Positions 1 to 7,370 of a stretch of DNA of 27,470 nucleotides are shown in pieces. A model generated the notes under the pieces. The model did not search any database and had not been told where the DNA came from. It saw only the letters and a program-made list of their open reading frames with translations. Position 1 is the stretch's first letter. Each line of letters opens with the position of its first letter. The DNA lies in assembly GCA_003009755.1 (NCBI GenBank), contig PXUB01000025.1:144877-172346 (forward strand), in the 5' to 3' direction. Source of the DNA: Thermoplasmatales archaeon SW_10_69_26 (lineage in GTDB: Archaea; Thermoplasmatota; SW-10-69-26). The position numbers and the translations under genes are program-made.

Positions 1-9
1 GCCTCGTTC

Positions 10-35
10 GGGAGGAGCCCTGGCGGGCTCCTCCC
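10..35 (-). terminator. GC-rich hairpin just downstream of the SRP RNA 3' end (possible terminator or processing structure)
   Basis: Perfect 11-bp inverted repeat GGGAGGAGCCC-TGGC-GGGCTCCTCCC, about 12 nt past the SRP RNA end. Function is inferred. Confidence 0.4.
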
Positions 36-46
36 TCACCATTGAC

Positions 47-364
47 GGGTCCCGCCATCCCGGGTTGACGTGTGGTACCCGCGGCAAGTCCCCGGGGCGC
101 TTCTCGACCCCGCGACCCGCCGAGCATCGTAAGTCCACGGTGGGGCTGCTCACTTCCGTGCCTGGCCCGGTTCCCGTGGTGAAGACGACAGGGACACCCC
201 TCCGGGTGCGCCCGCCGCCACCTTCGATCCCAACGGACGAGGTCTCATCGTCGCACCCCGGCTTGCCGCCGGCCCGTGCACGCCTTCCCGGGCGCTTTCA
301 GCCCCCGCGTGTCGACGTATCTCGGGTGACAGGGGACGCCGAGCCCCCCGGCCTAGGCGGAACC
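47..364 (-). ncRNA. ffs: Archaeal signal recognition particle RNA (7S RNA)
   Basis: The minus strand shows the archaeal Alu-domain start CTAGGCCGGGGGGCTCGGCGTCCCCTGTCACCCG and the helix-8 motif GCCAGGCACGGAAGTGAGCAG (GGAA tetraloop). The 5' GGTTCCGCC (364-356) pairs with the 3' GGCGGGACC (56-48) to form helix 1. Length ~318 nt is typical. Confidence 0.96.
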
Positions 365-441
365 TTTCGTCGGGTGTCCGACAAGTACGGGAGCCTCACT
401 CATATCCCTTTGGGGACGCTGGGCGCCGGCGCTGGGCGGCA

Positions 442-483
442 GGGGAGAGGAGAAGAGGAGAGATCCGCCGGCGGGGCCGGCGG
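442..483 (-). terminator. Probable terminator of the wHTH gene
   Basis: 8-bp inverted repeat CCGCCGGC (465-472)/GCCGGCGG (476-483), followed on the minus strand by a pyrimidine tract TCTCTCCTCTTCTCCTCTCCCC, ~20 nt after the stop at 504. Confidence 0.5.
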
Positions 484-503
484 TCAGGTGGGGACGGACC
501 GAC

Positions 504-848
504 CTACAGGGAGGCCTTGAGGTCGTTGATCGTGGCCTGCATCTCGTCCACGAGCTCGGCGAGCTCGGGGAGGAACTCCTGGACCTTCTCGGTCGTCTTG
601 GCGCCCATCGGGGTCGGGTTGATGAGCCCCTCCTGCTCGAGGACACGCAGCGAGTAGCGGACCTTGTGCTGGGGGTAGTCCGTCAGGTCGGCGAGCTTGA
701 TGATGCCCACGGGCTCGTTCTCCGTGACCACCTGGAGGATGCGGATGTGACGGTGCAGGAGTTCTTGTTCCTCGCGGAAGCGCCCCGTCACGGAGTCGTC
801 CGACTCGCCCGCCTCGGGGTTGCCTTGCGAAGCTGAAGCAGGGGACAT
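504..848 (-). CDS. Conserved archaeal winged-helix transcriptional regulator (COG3388-like)
   Basis: Motif ENEPVGIIKLADLTDYPQHKVRYSLRVLEQEGLINPTPMGA resembles the conserved euryarchaeal wHTH family. TATA box TTTATGA lies ~29 nt upstream. Confidence 0.85.
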   Translation of the reverse strand: MSPASASQGNPEAGESDDSVTGRFREEQELLHRHIRILQVVTENEPVGIIKLADLTDYPQHKVRYSLRVLEQEGLINPTPMGAKTTEKVQEFLPELAELVDEMQATINDLKASL

Positions 849-870
849 GGGCGAGGGATAGACGCCCCCA

Positions 871-877
871 TCATAAA
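871..877 (-). promoter_or_regulatory. TATA box of the wHTH gene (leaderless transcript)
   Basis: TTTATGA at -29..-23 relative to ATG 848. Confidence 0.6.
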
Positions 878-920
878 GCTTCCTGGTGATGGGATGACAT
901 CCCTCTCACCCCTCCGCAGC

Positions 921-1190
921 TCAGCCCCCGTCGGGCACCACCAGCGCGCTCGTCTCCTCGACCCCGTCCTCGGCCTCGGCCTGGGCCTGCTCCCACGGCC
1001 GGTGCTTGAACGCGACGTCGACGTAGAGATCGAGCTGGTCCTGCCTGTGCTCGGGCTCCTCGCCGGTGGCCGTGAACCGCGCGAAGTCGGCGGCGTTCAC
1101 GTGCCCGCCGATGCCCGCCGGCAACGTGGCCTGGCTGGAGATCACGTCCGAGCCCGCGTGGAAGGGATCGTCGGCGGCTCGGTTCGTCAT
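921..1190 (-). CDS. Hypothetical acidic protein or fragment of a decayed gene
   Basis: 89-aa ORF with host-like GC3 and acidic composition. No recognisable domain. A protein-like stretch without a start lies upstream in another frame. Confidence 0.35.
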   Translation of the reverse strand: MTNRAADDPFHAGSDVISSQATLPAGIGGHVNAADFARFTATGEEPEHRQDQLDLYVDVAFKHRPWEQAQAEAEDGVEETSALVVPDGG

Positions 1191-1419
1191 CGGGATTTCC
1201 TAGCTGGGGCCACGCCCAGCGACGTGAACGGCGACAGGTGTTGCCCGGTGTGCGGGATCTCATCGACCGCGGCGACGTCGAGGCCGGCGACGTCGACGGC
1301 GTCGGCGACCTGCGGGCTGCAGCTCCGTGCGGGGCCGTCGCGACGCCATCAGCCTGTCACCCGACGGGCAAGCCGGCGGAGACCCGAAGCCTCAAGCGTT
1401 CACGTCGCCTGACCCTATT

Positions 1420-3021
1420 ATGCGCAAGGTGCTCGTCGCGGTCCTGTTCGTGGCCGTCGGGATCGCGGGATGCGTGGGCCAACAGGGCGAGGACGCGGCC
1501 GGCGACGGGACCGGCGAGGAGCCTGCCGTGAACGAGACGTGGGCCGAGCGGGCCGTCCCCCACGGTTCCGAGCACGATCACACGGATCCCGATCAGCACG
1601 CCAACCGCTCGACGCCGAACTTCGATCTGCTCGGCCACGATCCGTTGATCACCGACTACCACGGAGAGACGAGCGGTGGTCATCTGTGCGGGGAGACGGC
1701 GACCGAGGGCGAGAGCGATCTGGCCGTCACGCACGGGTTCGACAACGACATCGCGTTCGTGTTGTCCGACGTCTCCGATCCGGCGAACCCGACGAAGGTG
1801 GGCGAGCTGGCGCTGCCGTACTCGCACACGTACGACGTCGCGATGACGGACGACGCCTCCTACGTAGCCCTGGCGATCAGCGGCACCGACGACGGCCCCG
1901 ACGAGGGCGCCTCGAGCGAGGGGTCCTCGCCAGCGGGTCCGACGGCGACTTACACGGACGCCTGCGGGCAGACGACCGTTCTCAGCGGGCACGAGCAGGC
2001 CCCCTACGAATCCGGGGTCGTGCTCGTCGACATCACGGACCCGAGCTCGCCGGAGGTCGTCGACTACGCCCCGCAACCGGTGCTGGGACCGCACAGCATC
2101 TTCGCCACCCAGGTCGAGGACACCTACCACATCCTCGCCAGCACCACGAACCTCCAGCACCAGACCAGCTACTTCACGTTCTTCAACGTCGACGAGACCG
2201 CGCTGGGTCCCCAGCTGTCCCAGCACGCCCAATACACGGCCCAGCAGCCGACCAGCGACCAGCAGGGCGACCAGCCGCCGCTGGTCAACGGCCACGTCGA
2301 CGGCTGGATCCAGCCTCATCCCGTGACCAACGCCACGATCGGCTACCTGGCCGTGTGGAACGGTGGCTTCCACGTCGTCGAGATCACCGACGACGGCGTG
2401 ACCCAAGTCGGCGAGTGGAACGACTACGATGCCAGCGCGGGCGCGGGCATGACCGGTCAGATCCACGGCGCCCTCCCGATCGAGGGCACCTGGAACGACA
2501 CGCACTACACGTTCATCGGGCAGGAGGTCCCCACGCGCCCGACCGACCGACCCACCGGGCAGGTCATCATGATGGACACGACCGAGCCCGGCGAGCCCGA
2601 GCCGGTGGCGCGCTGGACGCTGCCCGTCGACGTCGAGTTCGACGGTTCCCTGCAGTTCAGCACGCATTACACGGCGCTCGTCGACCAGACGCTGTTCGTC
2701 TCCCTCTACCACGGCGGCGTGTGGGCGGTCGACGCGTCGCCGGAGGCCGGGCCCGAGCTGCCGACCGAGGGCGTGTTCTTGCCGGACCGCACCAGCCCTC
2801 AGCCTCCGGACCGCAACCGCACCAGCTTCGACTGGACGCCGACCGTCCTTGACGTGCTGGCGCTGCCCACCGGGGACCTAGTCCTGTGGGATGCCACCTC
2901 CGGCATCTACACGGTCGGGTTCGACGAGAGCGTGGACGTGCCCTCGCCGGACCCGTGGACGGCCGACGCCTGGATCGGTCAGGACGAGCCCGACGAGGAC
3001 CCGTTGTTGCCGATCGGCTAG
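1420..3021 (+). CDS. LVIVD-repeat-like (beta-propeller) lipoprotein
   Basis: Signal peptide MRKVLVAVLFVAVGIAG-C (lipobox). Repeated motifs FVLSDVSDPANP, VVLVDITDPSSP, VIMMDTTEPGEP, SLYHGGVWAVD. Start moved to ATG 1420. Confidence 0.85.
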   Translation: MRKVLVAVLFVAVGIAGCVGQQGEDAAGDGTGEEPAVNETWAERAVPHGSEHDHTDPDQHANRSTPNFDLLGHDPLITDYHGETSGGHLCGETATEGESDLAVTHGFDNDIAFVLSDVSDPANPTKVGELALPYSHTYDVAMTDDASYVALAISGTDDGPDEGASSEGSSPAGPTATYTDACGQTTVLSGHEQAPYESGVVLVDITDPSSPEVVDYAPQPVLGPHSIFATQVEDTYHILASTTNLQHQTSYFTFFNVDETALGPQLSQHAQYTAQQPTSDQQGDQPPLVNGHVDGWIQPHPVTNATIGYLAVWNGGFHVVEITDDGVTQVGEWNDYDASAGAGMTGQIHGALPIEGTWNDTHYTFIGQEVPTRPTDRPTGQVIMMDTTEPGEPEPVARWTLPVDVEFDGSLQFSTHYTALVDQTLFVSLYHGGVWAVDASPEAGPELPTEGVFLPDRTSPQPPDRNRTSFDWTPTVLDVLALPTGDLVLWDATSGIYTVGFDESVDVPSPDPWTADAWIGQDEPDEDPLLPIG

Positions 3022-3239
3022 CCGCGCCAGGCCGATCCTCGCCGCAGGCCGCCCGGGGCGTGGCGCAGGTCGAGGAGGTCGCCGTACGGGCCGCCCTGCA
3101 CGCGTTCGACGTCCAGCTCCAAGACGTGCAGGTCCGCCGGGTCGGCCAAGCCCTCCAGCGGATCGAGCCGAGCCCGAGCAAGCTCGTCGACGACGGCCAG
3201 ATCGCCGAGACGATAGCCCACGGGCGACCCGTTGGCCAA
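3018..3239 (-). CDS. Possible small hypothetical protein or gene remnant
   Basis: 73-aa TTG-start ORF fills the gap between genes and has host-like codons. No motif recognised. Confidence 0.25.
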   Translation of the reverse strand: MANGSPVGYRLGDLAVVDELARARLDPLEGLADPADLHVLELDVERVQGGPYGDLLDLRHAPGGLRRGSAWRG

Positions 3240-3305
3240 GACCGGCCCAGCCTATGCGGGATCGCGCGGACGCCGACAGGCGGGTGCACGGGGCGGGCTG
3301 AGGCG

Positions 3306-3884
3306 CTAGCGCTCGCCGGCGTAGCTGTCGCCGGCCTCGTCGAGCGGTTTGACCATGTAGCGGGCCTTGTCTTCGAAGCCCTCGCGCTCGTACAGCCGCT
3401 GAGCTGGGTTCTCCTCGAGCACCTCCAAGCTCATCCGGGCCAAGTCCTCCTCGCGGGCCCAGGCCTCGGCGGCTTGCAGGAGCTTGGCCCCGATGCCGTC
3501 GCCGCGGTGGTCCTCGAGGACGGCGATGTCGTGGACGTTGAGCGTGGACGAGGCGGCAAAAGTGGAGAACGTCACGATTCCGGTCAGGATGCCCACGGGA
3601 TGCCTCGCCCTCTCCCAGTCTTCGTGCCCTGCATCCCGTGGTCTCTCGGCACGGGAGCCCTCGTCGCCCCGTCCCGAGATCCCGACGGGCTCGCCCTCGC
3701 GTTCGGCCAGCCAGACGACGACGTTGCCGTGCTCGCGCATCGCCTCGACGAGCCCGTCCTGCACCTCGTCGGGCAGCGGCTCGCCGCCACCCATCGGGTC
3801 CCGAGCGTAGGCGTCGGTGAGCTGCACGATCGTCTCCCGGTCGTCGGGATCGTCGAGCTCGGCCCGGCGGAGCGAGACGGGCAT
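3306..3884 (-). CDS. GNAT family N-acetyltransferase with a 30-aa in-frame insertion
   Basis: AYARDPMGGGEPL, FSTF..LNVHDIAV, acetyl-CoA motif HRGDGIGAKLL, LEVLEENPAQRLYEREGF. Start is ATG 3884 (or GTG 3890), just after the taw1 stop. Confidence 0.9.
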   Translation of the reverse strand: MPVSLRRAELDDPDDRETIVQLTDAYARDPMGGGEPLPDEVQDGLVEAMREHGNVVVWLAEREGEPVGISGRGDEGSRAERPRDAGHEDWERARHPVGILTGIVTFSTFAASSTLNVHDIAVLEDHRGDGIGAKLLQAAEAWAREEDLARMSLEVLEENPAQRLYEREGFEDKARYMVKPLDEAGDSYAGER

Positions 3885-3892
3885 CGCCACGC

Positions 3893-4945
3893 CTACATCG
3901 ACGCGCAGCCGCACGCGGTGCCGCAGCCGCCGGCGCCGTTCTCGTTGACGCCGACGCTGACGTCGTCGGTGACGTCGATCGGATCCAGCTCCTCGTCGGC
4001 GGCCTTCGGGATCCTGCGCTCGGCGTCCGGGTGCACGAGCAGGGAGACGCGCGAGTCCTCTCGGTCGGCCTCGTAGGTGTGCGGGATCCGCTCGGCCAGC
4101 CGGTTGGCGTGCTGGCGGATCTCCGAGTACGTCGGCATGTTCTCCTCTTTCATGCGCTGGCGGCTGTACCCGACGTAGACGTACCCCTTGCACTCGATGA
4201 AGTCCGGGTCGGCCTTCTCGATGAGGTCGGCGTACTCGTCGTAGTGGCCCATGTTCCAGTCCTTGACGAGCGTGTGCCGGGCCACGGTGCGGCAGTCGAG
4301 ATCGCTCACGAGCTTGAGCGTCTCGTTGAGCTTGTCCCAGGCGCCGCCGTTCATCGGGACGCACAGCTTCTCGAAGATCTCCTCGTTGGGGGCGTCGACG
4401 CTCACGTAGAGCTGCGTGGGGAGGGCATCCTCCTCGGCGAGGGTGCGGATCTGGTCCGGGAAGGAGCCGTTGGTCACGACCATCGTCGTCATGTCGTGGT
4501 CGTGGCACATCTCGATGAAGTCGGCCAGGTAGGGGTACACGGTCGGCTCGCCGTTGAGCGAGATGGCGACGTGCTTGGGCCGGTTGGCCTTGACCCACTT
4601 CTCCATGTCCGTGACGTCCTGGCCCTTGTAACCGCTCATGAGGCGCTGTTGCTCGTTGACGCTGTCCTCGAACAGCTCCTCGGGGTCGTCCCAGACGCGG
4701 CCGTTGGGCGAGGTGTCGAAGTCCTGCGAGCGCCAGCAGTACAGGCACCGGAAGTTGCAGTAGTCGACGACCGGCGTCATCTGCATGCAGCGGTGGCTCT
4801 CGACACCGTAGAAGCTGCCTTTGTAGCAGCTGCGCCCCCCTTCCTTGAGGTCCTCCTTCGTCCAGTGGCACAACTTGACGCCACCGTGATCGCCGGCGAA
4901 CCCGTACCCCTGTTTCTCGAGGAGGCGCTCGAGCTCCTCACGCAT
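3893..4945 (-). CDS. taw1: 4-demethylwyosine synthase (tRNA-Phe G37 radical SAM enzyme, TYW1/Taw1)
   Basis: HGGVKLCHWTK, SCYKGSFYGVESHRCMQMTP, radical SAM motif CNFRCLYCWR, PKHVAISLNGEPT, PTQLYVSVDAP, DFIECKGYVYVGYSR. Start at ATG 4945 (MREELERLLEKQGY). Confidence 0.96.
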   Translation of the reverse strand: MREELERLLEKQGYGFAGDHGGVKLCHWTKEDLKEGGRSCYKGSFYGVESHRCMQMTPVVDYCNFRCLYCWRSQDFDTSPNGRVWDDPEELFEDSVNEQQRLMSGYKGQDVTDMEKWVKANRPKHVAISLNGEPTVYPYLADFIEMCHDHDMTTMVVTNGSFPDQIRTLAEEDALPTQLYVSVDAPNEEIFEKLCVPMNGGAWDKLNETLKLVSDLDCRTVARHTLVKDWNMGHYDEYADLIEKADPDFIECKGYVYVGYSRQRMKEENMPTYSEIRQHANRLAERIPHTYEADREDSRVSLLVHPDAERRIPKAADEELDPIDVTDDVSVGVNENGAGGCGTACGCASM

Positions 4946-5068
4946 CAGACCGAGCACGCGCCAGCCCTGGTTTGAAGGTTGCGACCGCGGGCGGCGTCCG
5001 CGCCCGCCGGCCCTCACTTCGATGTCGCGTCGACAACATACATAAGCGCTGGAGGGGACTTCCCGTCG

Positions 5069-5584
5069 ATGCGCTGGCAAGCTCTCCTGCTCGCGGCGAT
5101 GGTCCTCACCACCGGATGCATCGGCATGGGCGACGACGCCGACCAGGACGTCGACTCCCAGACCAACGACGACACGCCATCCGAGGACGAACAGCTCAAC
5201 GACACCGAAACCGACGAACCCCAGACGCGCACCGAGTGGTCCACCGAGACCTACGAGGGCTCGATCACTGGCACCACGGTCTTCACCCCAGAGCAGACCT
5301 CCGACGGCCAGAGCTTCTCCTTCACCGTCGAGAACGGGACCCAGCAGCTGTTCATCAACCTCACCACCGACGGCGGCGAGCTGACGATGTACGTCGCCGG
5401 TCCCGATTGCAGCGCGAACGATGACTGCGAGGAGCAGGTCGAGACCGAAAGCGGCGAAGCCCAGTACGCCGCCGAGGCGCCCGGCGCCGGCGAGTGGAAC
5501 GTCCGCTTTTTCCCCCAGGACCCCGTCGCCAGCGACGTCTCCTACACCGCCGACGTCGCCCAAGGCGTCCTCGTCGAGGTGTGA
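5069..5584 (+). CDS. Secreted lipoprotein A with acidic linker and beta-sandwich (PPC-like) domain
   Basis: MRWQALLLAAMVLTTG-C lipobox. D/T-rich linker. INLTTDGGELTMYVAGPDC is shared with the paralog at 8896. TATA-like TACATAAG at -30. Confidence 0.85.
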   Translation: MRWQALLLAAMVLTTGCIGMGDDADQDVDSQTNDDTPSEDEQLNDTETDEPQTRTEWSTETYEGSITGTTVFTPEQTSDGQSFSFTVENGTQQLFINLTTDGGELTMYVAGPDCSANDDCEEQVETESGEAQYAAEAPGAGEWNVRFFPQDPVASDVSYTADVAQGVLVEV

Positions 5585-5629
5585 GGCCGCAACCGTCAGG
5601 CCCAAGAAGCCCAACCCCGATGTGGACCC

Positions 5630-5779
5630 ATGCGCTGGAGCGTCCTCCTCGCGGCGGCTCTCGTCGTGACGACCGGTTGCGTTGGCATGCAGGATGACGG
5701 CGGTGCCGCCACCGGCACCGACGACGCTGGCGAGGTCGACTGGGAGCTGACCGCGACGATAGGCGTCGTCAACGGCTAG
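5630..5779 (+). pseudogene. Internally deleted lipoprotein paralog (49-aa mini-lipoprotein, ORF intact)
   Basis: Translates as MRWSVLLAAALVVTTGCVGMQDDGGAATGTDDAGEVDWELTATIGVVNG*: signal peptide and lipobox joined directly to the C-terminus seen in the 8896-9363 protein. Confidence 0.7.
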
Positions 5780-5891
5780 GGCTCGGGGTTCGCGGTGCAC
5801 GCGCCAAGTGACGAGGCTCTCGAACGTGTAGTTGGCCAGGAACCCGACGCCGATCCCGGCCGCGTTCGCTAGCAGGTACCACACGCCGTAG
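5721..5891 (+). repeat. Direct repeat copy 1 (~170 bp; lipoprotein 3' end plus gtrA 3' end)
   Basis: Matches 9305-9474 with 6 substitutions and one 1-nt indel by manual alignment. Confidence 0.95.
5782..5891 (-). pseudogene. 3' remnant of gtrA (stop codon lost)
   Basis: Encodes YGVWYLLANAAGIGVGFLANYTFESLVTWRVHREP, identical to the GtrA C-terminus, but TGA is changed to CGA. Confidence 0.85.
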
Positions 5892-5995
5892 GGGATCACG
5901 TCGAGCTCGTGGTCGGCGATGTGGAGGAGCCCGCGTGGACGCAGGCCGAGACTGTTCAACGCTTGGAGAAGGCAGAGCGCGCCTGACCGGTCCAG

Positions 5996-6736
5996 TTAGT
6001 TGAACAGAGGGTCGGCCTGCACCCAGAGCGTATAGTCGGTGACGGTCTCGGGGGGGTCGTGGCGGGATGTGATCTCGAACCCGGCCTGGCCGCCGGCGGG
6101 GATGTTCTCGGGGTCGGTGTATCCCTTCTCGGCGTTCACGACGTTGCCGTCGCTGTCGAGGAAGGCGGCGGTGACTTGCACGTAGTCCCAGTCCTCGTCG
6201 CCATTGTTGGCGACCTCGCCGGTGACCGTCTTCTGGTCGCGTTCTTCCTGCATGCCGGTGTTGCGGATCTCGAGCGCGTCGGCGCCGAGGGGGCCGTGGC
6301 TGGCTTTCTCGGTGCTCACGGTCAGGTTGTAGTCGGTGATGGTGCGGCTGTCGTCGTCGGTGACGAGCTTGAACGGGGCCTGCTGGCCTGGGGGGACGAT
6401 GGGTCGTATCGCGCTGCGTTGCTCGGTGCTGACGACGTTGCCTTCGTCGTCGTAGAAGGTGCCGCTGACCTCGATGCGTTCGGCGGGGGCGTCGCCGGTG
6501 TTCTCGACGACGCCGATAACGATGTAGTAGTCGAGGGAGTCGTACCGGAAGTCGGTGGGATCGCCCGTGAACGTGATGTCAGGTTCGGCGGGTTGATCGT
6601 CCTCGTCGGTTTCCTGGGTGTCGTTCCCGTCCGCATCCTGGTCGTCGCTCGTACTGGTGTCCTCGGTGTCGTCGTTGCCCGTGGTCGAGGTGTCGGTGTC
6701 TGCGGTCTCGTCTGGGGCGACGGTCCCCCAAGAATG
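5996..6736 (-). pseudogene. 5'-truncated secreted protein with two FxLYD-like domains and a D/T-rich linker
   Basis: The frame is open from 6736 to 5996, longer than the called 107-aa ORF. It encodes DETADTDTSTTGNDD..., IGVVENTGD..EVSGTFYDDEGNVV and VTGEVANNGD..QVTAAFLDSDGNVV. There is no start codon or signal peptide before the in-frame stop at 6737-6739. Confidence 0.75.
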
Positions 6737-7304
6737 CTACCACAACGAAGACGAGGAGGACCAGGTCTGGATCGAGCTATGCACGGCTCTTGAGGCCAGT
6801 GTCGACGTAGAGATCGGTAAGAGAGGCACCCCCTACCTTACCTCGGAAACCAAGGAGATGACCATCGACGAGGAGGAGACCGTCGAGATCGACGAGCAGA
6901 TCTGTCCGCTGTTCTGCATCGGCGTCAGCGAGAACCAGACCGTCGGTGTCCAACAGACGATCCCGATCCTCGTTCCATTCCCGACGACGGTGACAGTGGA
7001 TGCAGTCGAGATCGAAGATATCAACATCAACACCCGTGAAACGCGGGCCGACGTCCATGCGGATCGGGCTTGCGAGGATATGGGCCTCTCGGATGACTGC
7101 CCTTCGATTCGTGGAGGTGGAGGCAGCCCCCCTGATCCCTACCAGCTCTGCAACTGCGAGATCCTCGCCCCCGCCGACCTTGAGGCCACCCACGTGGCCG
7201 ACGAGGACAGCGATGGAGAGTGGGACGGCGTGATCGTCGACACCACCTCCATCGAGGGTGCTGGCATGTACGTCCCCTTCGAGGACCTGGACCGGCTGAT
7301 CTGA
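6723..7304 (+). pseudogene. 5'-truncated acidic Cys-rich extracellular-type protein
   Basis: Protein-like sequence begins abruptly near 6720 (VPQECYHNEDEEDQVWIELC...). The ORF's first ~35 codons are just the antisense of the FxLYD linker. Contains several Cys, including CPLFC and CNC. Confidence 0.6.
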
Positions 7305-7370
7305 TCCAGGCCCTCCCAGCCCCAACCTTTCTTCTTCTCTTCCCTGTTTTTACCCAAGAGGTCGTGAGCC

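Noticed and set aside
65-646. ORFs 65-520 and 353-646
   Set aside because: They overlap the SRP RNA and wHTH genes and have no coding signature.
1260-1349. Protamine-like poly-Arg micro-ORF on the minus strand
   Set aside because: It arises from reading GAC/GTC/GCC-rich sequence out of frame.
3588-3689. Canonical bulge-helix-bulge mRNA intron in the GNAT gene
   Set aside because: The boundaries can pair, but I could not draw two 3-nt bulges around a 4-bp helix that would excise exactly 90 nt.
3306-4871. 521-aa ORF
   Set aside because: Only the last 192 codons (GNAT) are real; the rest is an alternative frame of taw1.
3893-5959. 688-aa ORF that looks like a GtrA-Taw1 fusion
   Set aside because: The frame is open only because the duplicated gtrA remnant lost its stop. 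The middle is antisense to two lipoprotein genes, and Taw1 has its own start and TATA-like box at 4945.
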